64,000 bases of DNA from Phoronis australis (taxonomy: Eukaryota; Animalia; Phoronida): NCBI GenBank assembly GCA_002633005.1, contig NMRA01000446.1, positions 40,926 to 104,925 on the forward strand, in the 5' to 3' direction. This document shows positions 39,969-51,852 of the stretch, piece by piece. The notes under the pieces were generated by a model. It was not told the DNA's origin, did not search any database, and saw only the letters and a list, made by a program, of their open reading frames with translations. A program made the position numbers and the translations under genes. Numbering within the stretch: position 1 is the first letter of the stretch; the number at the start of each line of letters is the position of its first letter.

Positions 39969-40335
39969 CTAGAAAATAATGAGTACAAAATGTTACCAGT
40001 GGTAGAATTACATGTGTATCATTAACATATATCAACATTGAATAATTTCATTATTCCTACTCAATGTCTTAAGATAACTCACGTTTTCCTCATAACGTTA
40101 AATCGTCGTAAGAGACCGTCCGAAGTTGGTAAATGGTGCAACTCCTTACGATCTGGGCTCAACCGAAAACCACGGTTCAACTGTGAGTCTACACCAATGT
40201 GATAAACGAGACTAGTTCTACTTGCTGTGTTAGTTGCAGGTATCATTATCTCTTTCATGACACACAATGTGTGACAGGACAAAGCCTTTTCAAATTAGTG
40301 TAGATATGCCTCTGGAGTGTGAGACCCCTGAGGTT

Positions 40336-40504
40336 GCTGTCAAGTCGTCACGACAATTCTAGGTTATGCTTGGCAAGTCAACAGCAAAATTGTCAAGCAA
40401 CACACAGCTTTCCGCAAGTCGCTGTCAAGTCGTCACGACACTTCTACGTTATGCTTGGCAAGTCAACAGCAAAACTGTCAACCAACACACAGCTTTCCGC
40501 AAGT
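40336..40504. repeat. tandem duplication (~85 bp x2), intronic
   Basis: GCTGTCAAGTCGTCACGACA...CACACAGCTTTCCGCAAGT occurs twice. Confidence 0.9.
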
Positions 40505-40792
40505 GCGACAGGGATGCTTGGAAAATAGACTTCAGCACCAGTTGGCCATTTTGCAGTTTAAAAACTTTTGTGTGTTCTGCTATAGGGTGTCCACAACCAG
40601 TTACCATGAAGAATTGAAAGCTGTGACTTGGACTAGGCTTGCCCAATAGTTGCCCAGGTTACAAAAGCACAGGAAAATCTCAAGAATATGATTTTGATCT
40701 CGATATTGCTCATTTAAGTCAACAATGTTGTACAGTGTCACTGTTCAGTGAGACGCTATAAATGAGTGCCATCACTGCCATTATGACCCTAC

Positions 40793-40926
40793 CTGAAGCT
40801 GCGCAAGGACAACAGCACCTGTCCTGCATGATGACCAGAGAGCTTCCGTCAATCAACACCATGTCCCGCCCACATACCCAGAATCCCCAGCGTTTGAAGT
40901 AGGAACAGCTCAGCCCTGGAGAGTAT
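40793..40926 (-). CDS. uncharacterised multipass membrane protein, middle coding exon
   Basis: TTCCAG acceptor, GTAGGG donor, 134 nt, phases 2/1; YSPGLSCSYFKRWGFWVCGRDMVLIDGSSLVIMQDRCCCPCAAS. Confidence 0.8.
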
Positions 40927-41373
40927 CTGGAATAGAAGATACAATTATGAAGTCAACAGCACTACTGAGACACAATGGTTAATCTGGTGAATTCATTTGA
41001 TTGGTTACAGTGATTCACACGTTGATTAGTTGTACAGTAATTTTCAATATAAACTGGAAAATGTTGAGCTTCAACTTAGTTTCGATAAAAAAACGTGATT
41101 AGATACCCGTTTTTTAGCTAGAATACAAGTCAATACTGGCTAGACCTCAACAAAATTTGGACAATATACAGAGCAAGACCACCATCCATTCATAAATAAA
41201 CAATTAGTACTTAGGCACAATAATGTCACATTTACCTAATTATTGTCGGAAAGTAAACGTTTTGAGATCTGTGCAATCACCACAATATGGAAGTTTATCA
41301 GACGAGACACAAAACTTAATAATTTAGGCCCAATATCCAATGTGTATTCCATGGAATAAAACAACAGTCTTAC

Positions 41374-41513
41374 TTATACCTGTACATAAATCTAGGCAAC
41401 AAGAAGCCCACAATGACTGCTACTACAGCGACAGCATCAATTGCGAGAGCGCCGACTCGAGTCTCTGGGAACAAATCATAATTGGAAGGAGGCCACACAC
41501 TTTTGTTACTCAT
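41374..41513 (-). CDS. uncharacterised multipass membrane protein, first identified coding exon
   Basis: Polypyrimidine + TTACAG|ATG; MSNKSVWPPSNYDLFPETRVGALAIDAVAVVAVIVGFLLPRFMYRY; phase-2 donor GTAAGA (alternative GTATAA 6 nt upstream); one TM helix. Confidence 0.8.
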
Positions 41514-41749
41514 CTGTAAGAGCAAATGGAAAAAATGTTATAACACAAGACAAGGGATTTAAAGGTAGTAGTTACATTTAGTATTACAAAATTTAAGTAC
41601 ATTTCTGTTGACTCGTCAATGTTTTGGGGATTTTCGGTAAGTGCAAATTACAATCCAGTAACTGAATTGTAATTTCCCAAATACACAGTTCCATATAGAG
41701 AGTTATAGACTGTTTAGAAAAGACAGGACTCAAGGTGGAGGTGGAATCA

Positions 41750-42665
41750 TAAATTATGTGCATCTTGATATACCATGCCATCAAGTAAAGAATCTCATGC
41801 AGACAAAAACAGAAACTATTATTGGAAATAAGGCCAAATACTTGGACAAAGTGTTTAATTATAACCACTCATAAACCACCTGATGCTTTAAACGAAGCTT
41901 TTATGACTGAAATGACTGCATTGCTTGACACTGCTGTAAATGACTATGATAATTTTGGATCCTGGGAGATCTAAATTTTGATATGTTGGTAAAAGCCAAA
42001 TGCAAGCCTCTTTGTGATCTATGTGATAATTACAACCTCGAACAGTTGATTAGTGAGCCTACAATCTATACCATACACCGACACTCCCTGATTGTGTTTA
42101 CTACTGCTCCTCAGAAAACAACCTCATCAGGCACCATTACTATGTAGGTCTGAGTGATACTGACTTCATGGTGTACATGTATGTCACTGTAAAGATCCGG
42201 GCACCAAGAATGCAATCATGTACTGCAGTTATGTTTTGACAATAATGTTTATAGTTGTGACTTGTGAGGTTAATTATTTTCCGCTTGCAGCTTGTCAGAG
42301 TTTTGACGATCCATCTGACAATCACTGGGCATAACAGACATTGCTCACAGTGGTAATTAACGAGCATGCACCGCAGAAACAGACTAAGTATAGAGCCAGG
42401 GAGTCACCTGTCATGAACAAGCGCCTGAAGAAAGTTGTTCAAGACAAAAAGAGGCTACGCAATCCTTACAGCAGATTTCTGTGTCCCAAAAATTGGGAGA
42501 TATACCATGCTCAGAGAAATCATACTGCTGGCATCAGAAAGCAGGCAATACGTGACTATTTTAAAACAAAGTATGAGGATGGAGCCAACAATAAGGACTT
42601 TGGGCCTACAATCAAACCCGTCTTGAAAGACAAGGGAAGTAAGGTTTGTGGCAATATTATGCTGA
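41750..42665 (+). mobile_element. CR1-type LINE ORF2 remnant, endonuclease-to-tether part
   Basis: ILGDLNFDML...LEQLISEPT...GLSD; HAPQKQTKYRARESPVMNKRLKK...NWEIY...RN; frameshifted. Confidence 0.85.
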
Positions 42666-44405
42666 TGTGTGTACTATGTTAGGGCAATTCAGTGAAAAGG
42701 TCAACCTCGAGACAAAAAATTAAAATTGAGGCTAAAATTTCTGGTCTCATCTGAAAGCCCATTCTCTCTAGTTTTAGGACCCATATTTGACTGTCCATTT
42801 TTGGGGGTCACTTGACCCTAAAAAATTACCTCGATTTTCATGTGTGTTGCTAACTATTGCCATAAAAAGGCTAATTATGGGTATTTCACTATACTATCAA
42901 ATTTGTGCAATCACATGAGCCTCAGACTTCATAAAAAATTATATTTCAACTTTGGCACATCATCGTCCTCTTGGGGTCAAAGGTCAACTCCTGGATATCA
43001 TGGTGCCGTACGTCCATCACAAAAAGTGTTAAAAAATTTAGTTACGTTAAAAGTTTTCAATCAAAATTCAAATAATTTCAGATTCTCTTTTAAATTGTTC
43101 CTCAACACTATTGACCAAAATTTCAGATCCCAGGGATTATTCATTAAGTCAGAAATTGTGTGACAGACGTACAGCAAATTTGTACTTCTGTCACGTAGGT
43201 CCATCACACCCAAGAAATTACAATTTTTCAGCAAATAAAAGTAACCTTAGGTCATTTTTTACTTTCTAAACATACAGAAAATAAAATGTTTCTCACACCT
43301 AAGAAATTAAATGATAAAATATTACAAAGGCACCTTTAAAATTATGTGAAGAAGTTGCTACAGATTTAAAGTTAATGCATTGGACTTTTTCAATTTCAAA
43401 AGTATTTTCAGAAAAGTTACATTAGTTTACAATGTCATCTAGTGAATCTTAGTAGAATTCAACTTAAAATCAGACAGTTGGCCCACATTATAAAATGTAA
43501 ATAAAACAAAATGCTAATTTAATGAACCTATTGTTTATCTGTTGGTACCCTGTGTTTGTAAAGAAATGCGTAGCTTTTGGGAAATTGAAGATGCAAAAAT
43601 ATTCATACAAAAGAATTCCTAAGGTGCTCTAGAGTATCATAAATAACAAGAGACCTTAAGGAATACATGTCAAGTTGTTATTGCACTAGAATCAACATCT
43701 TATTTCTGCTTTGACCTGCTATGCTGTGTTTTGGGTTGAAAAAGCCGATACTGGGCATTTTTAAGTGGTAGGAACCTGTCACCTACTTTATAGGGCATTT
43801 TTGACACACCCTCACTGACTGTAGTCATCGTTTTTGTGTTTTTCAGTGTATTGGGTCATTGGGTGGCTTGTGTGAAATGATTCAAAGCAAATGATTACAT
43901 TGTCTCATCTTACGTATTTTTGATCCCTCAATCTTTTTCAGAATTAGACTAATTTTTTTTTCTGCCGAGCTTCGAGATTAAACCGGCGTTTAGAAACGAT
44001 AGAGGAAATTGTTGGAGACCACGGGAAGAACAAATGCTACTGGGAGAAGAATAAATACCTGCCCGAATATTCTTTGAAACTCGAAATAAATGCCAACGTG
44101 GATGAAGAAATTCATAATTGTACTTGAGCGTACTATGATGTGACATTATTTTAAGCAGCCTCTCTTTAAATTTGAAAAGAGGGCATGAGTTAAAGAGCTG
44201 GATCAAAACCTAATCATACTAATCACTAAATAGAAACTAACATCAAATAACTTAGTTCTACATATTCCTAAATCATAATCCTAAATGCAGTTAATTAAAA
44301 AATGTCTTGTTTTCACACTGGAAGACAGCACAGGTGATTCGAATCAAAATATGAATGTCAAAAGTCGATGCAGTCTACTAAACCATGCTTTGCATTTTGT
44401 TTTAA

Positions 44406-45737
44406 AAGCGAAGGCAACCTTTTTTCATGTCATTTTTAGCAAAAATAAGATTCGTTGATTATCCCAAACATATTTTTCACTTATTTACTGCTTTTCATAA
44501 TTTAATTAATTACTCATCGTTTACTCCGGAAGTGACGTTTTGGGAGGCAAGAATTTTGCGCCAATCTCTTTTCATATAGTCTGACTGTGAGAGCAGTCGA
44601 GTCAGTCTTTGTTCTACCTCGGTTGTGATAAGTTCGGTCGTCATTTGCTTTTGCTTACGAGTCAGTCAACATGCCACGCTGTTGCTGCGTACTGGGGTGT
44701 ACTCATTATTGTCTCACGTACAGAGGAAGAACTGTCCCACTTGCCCGAGTGTCCCGCGACACACTCCCACTGAAGGGTGATCAGAGCACCCAAACATCCT
44801 GCCGTATGACTCCCTCGCCAAACAACTGGCACCTTCCAAAAAGCTCCAATACAAGTCCACAATAAACTTATCAAACTTAGGCTCACCGATCTGTTCATTG
44901 GATGACGAACTGTCCTCTTCACTGGGTGTCGAACTGCGCCTGTATTTACTCCCACTACTCAACATCGCTGCAGGGCTGCTTACAGGCTCTGGGCTGGAGA
45001 CAACAGCACAGGGCGAATCACTGCTAGTTCCCGGAATTGCACGCAATGGGGTACGTTCGGAGGCACGAGGCACGGGTGACAGTAGATGAAGTGCCTCCAG
45101 TCACTGTATATAGTGGCCACAGCTCGCGAGGCTTCTCGCTTCAAAAACGCACTTCTCGGGGTTGGCAACGGGGCACTGCCGGGAATCAACAGCGACGGTA
45201 TGGTACCCTTCTTCAGCCGTTGTTTCGCAGGGACCTTCATCAATTCAGCGTACATTGTCTGTCATAATCTGATGGCAGAAAATGCTTGCCACACACTCGG
45301 TAACCCTCCACTGCTTTGTGTGTAGCGTGGATGGGTAGCGCTGCGTTCTTCACATGAACGAGCTAGCCAAGTACGGCGAAGTGTGTCATCCTTCGGAAAG
45401 CACCGCAAGGTACCCAAAATGCGTGTGAGACGATAATGAGTACATCCCGGCACACAGCAACAGAGTGGCATGTTGACTGACTTGTAAACAAAAGCAAACA
45501 ACGACCGAACTTATCACAACCTAGGTAGAACAATGACTGACTCGACAGCTCTAACAGTCAGACTATAATGAAAAGAAATTGGCGCAAAACTCTTGCCTCC
45601 CAAAACGTCACTTTCGGAGTAGAGGACAAGAAATTAATCAAATTCCGAAAAGCTGTAATTAAGTGAAAAATGTGTCTGGGATAATCAACGAACCTTATTT
45701 TTGCTAAAAGTGACATGAAAAAAGGTTGCTTTCGTCT
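44406..45737. mobile_element. Kolobok-type fold-back element with ~310-bp inverted arms
   Basis: TTAA at 44402-44405 and 45738-45741; 44406-~44718 is the diverged reverse complement of ~45424-45737. Confidence 0.85.
44720..45471 (-). pseudogene. THAP-domain Kolobok-like transposase N-terminus (frameshifted, truncated before the catalytic core)
   Basis: MPLCCCVPGCTHY...CFPKDDTLRRTWL.../YRVCGKHFLPSDYD/MYAELMKVPAKQRLKKGTIPSL is a full THAP (C2CH, FP, W, AVPT-like box); followed by RSAFLKRE, EPKFDKFIV and GALITLQWECVAGHSGKWDSS. Confidence 0.8.
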
Positions 45738-46062
45738 TTAAATAAGAAGATACTGAAGGTCTGTTACTTATACTTTTAAAAATTCATCATGCATCAGAGC
45801 CATCAACGGCATGATCCAGAGAATAATTTTGTGCAAGCTTAGGGTGAGTTCTAATTTAATAAACAATTAATTAAAATGCACTTTTATGACAGTGATTAGT
45901 AAAGTTTTAAATTTTACTTTAAATTTTATATTTTGATAGTTACATTTACTTATTGGTTTTGAATTAGCATTCTATTTAAGGCATAAAAGCAGGTTTTCCT
46001 GATAACTAATAGCTGTCAGGTAAAAAATTATTATCACTCTCATTTCCACCTGTATGGCTTAC

Positions 46063-47560
46063 CATAGGTGAGGTGGAAAAAGTTATCAAATATCCCGATA
46101 CAAACAAGTCCACTGATAATGATCACGTTCCAGCTAAGTTGCTTAGACCAGTTGGAAAATTTGTAAGCCATCATGTAGCTACTATTTTGAATCAGAGCAT
46201 TGACACTGGTAAATTTCTGGAGATGGCAAAATTTGCTGAGGAAGTTCCAGTTTTTAAAAAGGATGGCAGACTGAAGATGGAAAATTACAGACCAGTGAGT
46301 ATACTGTCAGCTCTTTCCAAGATTTTTAAGACTCATATTATTCCAGATAAACCCGTTTTTAGATATTATATTGGATCCATAGATTGCTGCCTATAGGAGT
46401 GGATTTAGCTGTCAATCAGTTTTACTACATAGTAGTCGAGGATTTGAGGTTGGCTGCTGAACAACATCACTGTGCTGGAGCTGTACTCACGATCGCAACA
46501 TTGAAAGTGTATCATGGTGTGAGTGAACAGGCATACATGTGCCTTTTTATGGTCCTATCTTTCAAGAAGGAAGCAGTGTGTTAGGATTGATGGAGTGTCT
46601 AGTGATTACCTAGAAATCATAGTCAACGGAGTGCCTAAGGGGTCTATCATAGGTCCAGTCCTGTTTAATATTTTTGTGAGTGACATCAGTGTTTTATTTA
46701 CTTCAGGGTACAGTAGTATAATTATGCAACACTCTTTCAGCAAGTGCTCACACAAGGAATGATGTCATTGCCATACTGACATCTGAGTTTTCAAAAGCAA
46801 TGATCTGGTTCAAGCAAAATATGATGGAGGTAAATCCATCAAAGTCTCATTCTACATTTCTTCATGACTCCATAAATGTTTCCAGGGCTGTTGTCGAGGC
46901 TGAAAGAGCCAAAATTACCAGTCACATGGAAGTTAAATTACTTGGTGTCGTAATTTATGAGGATCTCAAAGTTTTATGCCAAAAGGCAGGAGCTCAGCTC
47001 AACATTTTACAGCGCCTGACTGGGATTCTAGATTTTATTTAGTTAACGTATGATGATTTTTCTATGTTTTATTCTATCTCAGTTTCTCTACAGTGCTTTA
47101 CTTTTACATTTTTGTGGATTACACATGAGCTTGAACGAGTTTAATGTAGGGCTCTGCGATTTGTAGGCCTATGTGATGTTTCTTCTAGTTCGTATGAAAC
47201 AATATTACAGAGAGTTAATCAGTCTACTGTTGGGCTAGGTGGACAAAGAATGATTCTAAAAGAAGCTTTCAAAGTTTCAAACTATGACTTGTCTGTGGAA
47301 CCTTCTCACAATTCACAGGACCCCATATAATTTGAGATCATCCAACAGGCGAACATTTTCCAATGCAGAACCACAAGTTATCGTCTGCGCTCCTTCAAAA
47401 ATTATGGCTCTAATTTATGAAATTCTTTATCAGAAAGAAGAGGCGAGATTGCGCCAACGTTAAAGACATCTGTGCAATGCCAACACAGTGAGCCTCCCTG
47501 CGAATGCAAACCTGTGATTCCTCATTTAAACATAATATCTCCTATGCCTATGGTGCTACA
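46063..47560 (+). mobile_element. CR1-type LINE ORF2 remnant, RT part and 3' end
   Basis: NKST..DHVPAKLL...VPVFKKD...ENYRPVSILSALSKIF; SYLSRRKQCV...GVPKGSIIGPVLFNIFVSD; WFKQNMMEVNPSK...VKLLGV. Confidence 0.9.
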
Positions 47561-50500
47561 CGTTAATCTTGTATATAGGTTTTAGGATTTGTTTTAATTT
47601 AATATTTATTCATTTTATAACTTACGTATCTATTTGTCGGTATATCGTCCGGTTACCTATTTTCGTCAGGCTCCAAAGTTCGTCCGCCATCTTGTTTCGC
47701 GTGCAGCGCAACCACGCGGGACTTAGCGTTCCAATTTGGAGTGCTCGTCTTCACGTTAGGTACTAACCTCTCGGGAGAAACACGTATCAAAGTAATGAGA
47801 CAAAAATCGGTGAGTTTACCGATTGTTTTTTAAAACCACTTAAAAATCAGTAGATTTTACTAATACACTTTTTTGTGCGTTTTCAGAAGATGTTTTCGAA
47901 TTTAAATTTTCTTCCGACGGGACACAAAACATGATCCAGGGTTTGTTTATGCAATGTATCTGTTTGTCCCAGGCACTAGTAGGATCTAGAAGGCCAAAGG
48001 AAAAATCCGCAGACAAATGCGATACGCTGGGTTCTTAACATTTTTGCCTCACGTTCACCATTAAACTGCATTGAAATGTCCAATTGGCTTTTATTGGAAA
48101 CCACAGTGCAGAGCTCAACATCAAAGCTTCAAATCGAGTTTATGTCAATAAAAACAGGCTGTTGCAATTTTCATTACTTCGTTGGCCTTTTTCTGCATGT
48201 TTCTCAGTTTTTACAAAAGGGGGCAGCATATGACGAACTTAGGTGTCACAATAAAATGGCTGCCGAAGGCAGTGCACATTTGAAATAACTCGGCACAAAT
48301 TAAAGAAAACTTCCGAATCGATGAATGCGGTATATCTGTGAGAGTTAAATCGAATCCTATTCAGATCATAACTTTGAAGTGGAATAATTCGGTGAGTACA
48401 ACAGCAAGTCGGTTTTATGCTTAGGCGGACGAACATTGGGTTCCCCAGTATACCAGCCTGTGCCGCGGCTACTGTTTTTCTCGTTTCCTACTTCGTGAGT
48501 CTTCTCGACTCTCGAGCCGAGGCAGTTTGTTCCACAGACTGGGCACAGAGTTAGTAATACTACACTAGACTGTATAGTGGAAAGAGCAAACTAGTTTGAA
48601 ACATAACAGGCTGACGATCAAACATACGTTGACCTGGGTTAAAACTACTCACATTACACTCTGGCGGCGGCCTTTAGAATCTCTTCGTTTCTTTCTGGTT
48701 TGTTGTTGATGAACCTGGTTATCTATTTCCACTTCATGAAGAGCTTGTCAAAGCGACCCCCAACGACACAAATGCAAGCGCATGTGTACGAATGCGTCTA
48801 TAGTCCAGTTTTTGGAACTTCTGTGAATTGAACGGGATTCTATCTCCATACACTTAACCCCTCGCCCAGTCGCCAATGCGAGTAGAAATGGTGCTGGGTG
48901 AGTAGAAATTGTCTTTCCGGTTGCCTAGGTGGCGAGCGAATTTTCAGAGCACTGACAAAAGCACTCTATCGTTTCCCGAACTTTTTCTGAGTCCTCCTGT
49001 GCTGTTTTTATTATGAAAACAAAGGTTCAGTTTGGTCAGCGTGTAAGGATGCTCCGGCAGTAAAAAACATCGGCGCAGTGCGCTCCTAACGTATTAGTTG
49101 ATGTCACCCCTTACACAATTCGTCTAGCTAAGAGATCACGGTGTTCGGTCGTGCACAATGAGGAATTTGTGGACTAGTCCGAAACGAACGGAAGATGAAG
49201 GCCCAAAGGTGGAAGACCGGTACACGTGCTCACAGCAAGTGAAATACCATAGTTCTTGGAACTGATTTCTTACTGTAATGTACAATGTCATTTTGGTCAA
49301 ATTTATTTTATATATAATAACAATGAAAACCATAATATACATTAAAATGGTTTTCCTAGTTATCATTATTAGGAAAATAAAGTATCGCAATTTTAGCCAG
49401 ATTGATCATACTTGTATAGAGTCTATTTGGTGCGGCCATAAGATTTCCCGATGCAAATGTTTTTTTCCGTATTTTGTCCCAGCCATTTGATTTAGCAGTA
49501 CAGCGCAGCGTTTCTCGGTGCGGCCACTGGCAATACAATGAGATACTGCCCAGGGCGCTTAAATTGGGAATCTAAAAACAGGGGCTGGGCGGTAAGCCGA
49601 GCATGGGCGGTTAAAATCGAAAATTTTTAGGTCTTGAGTTGTTACTGAAACGAAGGACGACGGCCTGTAGTGCACGATACAGTGGCGTCGTGATTCCGCC
49701 GAGCGTGATTGGGTTTTTTACCGTGTACATCGTTCGTTCGTCATGTCTTTAGAACTAAGGTATTCCTACAGTGGGTAGGCGTGCGTTCAGTAGGGCAAGC
49801 TTCTTGGGAGAAAAGACGGATCAAACAAGATTCCGTTAGTTCGCGGTGTATTCAAGCGAAGCACTTGATTTTGTAAAGATTTCAGTGCTTCCCGCTGGAC
49901 ACCTAGGCAACCAAACATGTGCTAATGACTGACATGTCTTCTAACTGAATATTTTGAACTTAGTTTGAACAAGGTAACATTTTATATGCATTGTATATTT
50001 TTTAGTTCAAAGCCAACACCGCGCTTGTTCAAAGCACTTGGTCAACAATCGGACGATATTACTATTACGCGAAGGGATGCTCGGTCGGCTGCCAAAATAA
50101 CGAAGCAAACACACATCATGTAAAAAGTCACCAGGCAAATCAAAACTTCAGAGAATAAGTTTTTGGCCACGTGGATGTAGACAGAATGTTCGACTTGCGC
50201 TTAATGACAATTAAATTGATTTCTTGCTCTGTTGCCTTTTGGTTGGGCGCTTCCATTTTGGTGTCAGGAGTGAGGAAGAATGCAGTTTTTAATAATACTA
50301 CTTTTGTGTCAGATTTTATCTCGTCAGTCTTTTACCCACACCGGCGCCGTAGCTGTAGCCTATATTACTACATTGCATGATGGAGTGTAGTTGAGTACAC
50401 TCCTTGATTGCATGATGTAGCTTTGCGTGAAGGCTAGCGTTGCTGGGAATTCATCGAGGTCAAAAGTTTCTTGGTAGGAATTCATTTTCTAAAAACGATA

Positions 50501-50679
50501 CTAGTCCTAATAGATGGTGACATGAACGCACGTAACGATGATTTTTATCATGACATTTGCAGCAAGTGACACAAACGGCCGGGCGACTGAACTTCGGGCT
50601 GGGCGAGATTTTCTGGCTCACTAGCCCAGCAGGCGAGTGGGGTTTTGAAGCCTAGGTAGGCCTATATCCCTGATCTATC

Positions 50680-51450
50680 CATCTCTCTTGAAGCACTTTT
50701 GACACTCGAAGTCGAGGATTCTGAAGTGGCACATTTTACGAAGTTAAAAGAGCAATGGTGAGATGTGTATGTACAAGAGTGTGAGTGTGCAGTGCAATGG
50801 GGTGTAGTGATGCCTACGGAGGGGAGGCTCCAGAGAGGCAGCACCAATGACGTGGGCAGGTAATTTGTTCCAGGAGGCTGTTGTGGAGGGAAGGAGGAAT
50901 TTTGCAGATATGTGGTGCGACACTGATGTGTCATGTAGTACATAGGCTACCGTACGTGGCATCTACGTGTATAGGGGTACTAAACCGAAAGGATACAAGC
51001 AGGTAATGGGAATGGCGATCGACTAGTGGACATATATGTACTAGTAGAATGTAGAAGTAGAACGTTTGGAGACGTAACGGCGGAATTCGAGGGTTTGCTC
51101 GTCGCTGCACCATTTCAATCTTAAAGAGCTTTTGTGTGGGGTGACCGTTGAGCAGTACTCTAGTTTTGGTCGCCGGGACTAGAGTGGCATAAGCTACTTC
51201 TTTTGTTTTCTGAGTGGTATGTCGAATGTTGAATCTGAGAAATCCCAGGGTTTTATTGGCAGAAGCAGCAGTTGATGCGATAATTCCAGGATATAGTAAT
51301 GCCAAGATACTTGGCCTCATGACAGGGGTGACAGGAGTGAGATGTAGTCCCGGAGAATAGATTTCCTTTTTCGATGAACATGGAGAACATTACACTTCGA
51401 TACATTGAATTGCATACACCACACTGATTCCCAATGAGCAAGTTCGCTAA
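50680..51450 (-). mobile_element. LINE ORF2 C-terminal remnant (L2/CR1 group)
   Basis: AKYLGITIS; ANKTLGFLRFNIRHTTQKTKEVAYATLV; KIEMVQRRA; HQCRTTYLQNS..; WNKLP. Confidence 0.85.
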
Positions 51451-51719
51451 TCAGTGGCGGATCTAGGGTATCACAAGGGGGGGCAACATTTTGTCTGTAA
51501 ACATTTGCTCAAAGCACGATTGTAGATGCGCACAGTGGAATGGGGGGGAGGTCGGGAGGGGGGTTTGCCCCCTTCCACCAAGGAAATTTTTCTGTTTTTT
51601 CCTCTAAAAATCAAACATTTTCCTTGATTCCCGAAGTATTATCCAAGAACAAAAGGCAAATAAAATAAAATCGGAGAAAGTGTCAAACAGGAAAAACTGC
51701 AAGTGCCACAGACTCGAAC

Positions 51720-51852
51720 TCTAGTCTCCTGCACAGACCCACGAGACACAAGTTATCCGTGACATCATCTTGTGAGGCCCGGGAACCAGGTTAACTCGAA
51801 CTCACGACCCGGCGGGTAGAGCGCGCGTGCTTTACCACTGCAACATCACGAT
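51720..51852 (-). mobile_element. tRNA-derived SINE-like remnant
   Basis: A-box-like TGTTGCAGTGGTAAAGCACG and B-box-like GAGTTCGAGTT on the minus strand. Confidence 0.5.

Larger units (their letters stand above)
42666..46062. mobile_element. ~3.4-kb composite insertion interrupting the LINE
   Basis: LINE protein similarity stops at ..GNIML and resumes at EVEKVIK; the AT-rich block starts TAGGGCAATTC and hosts the Kolobok fold-back; its family is not identified. Confidence 0.6.
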
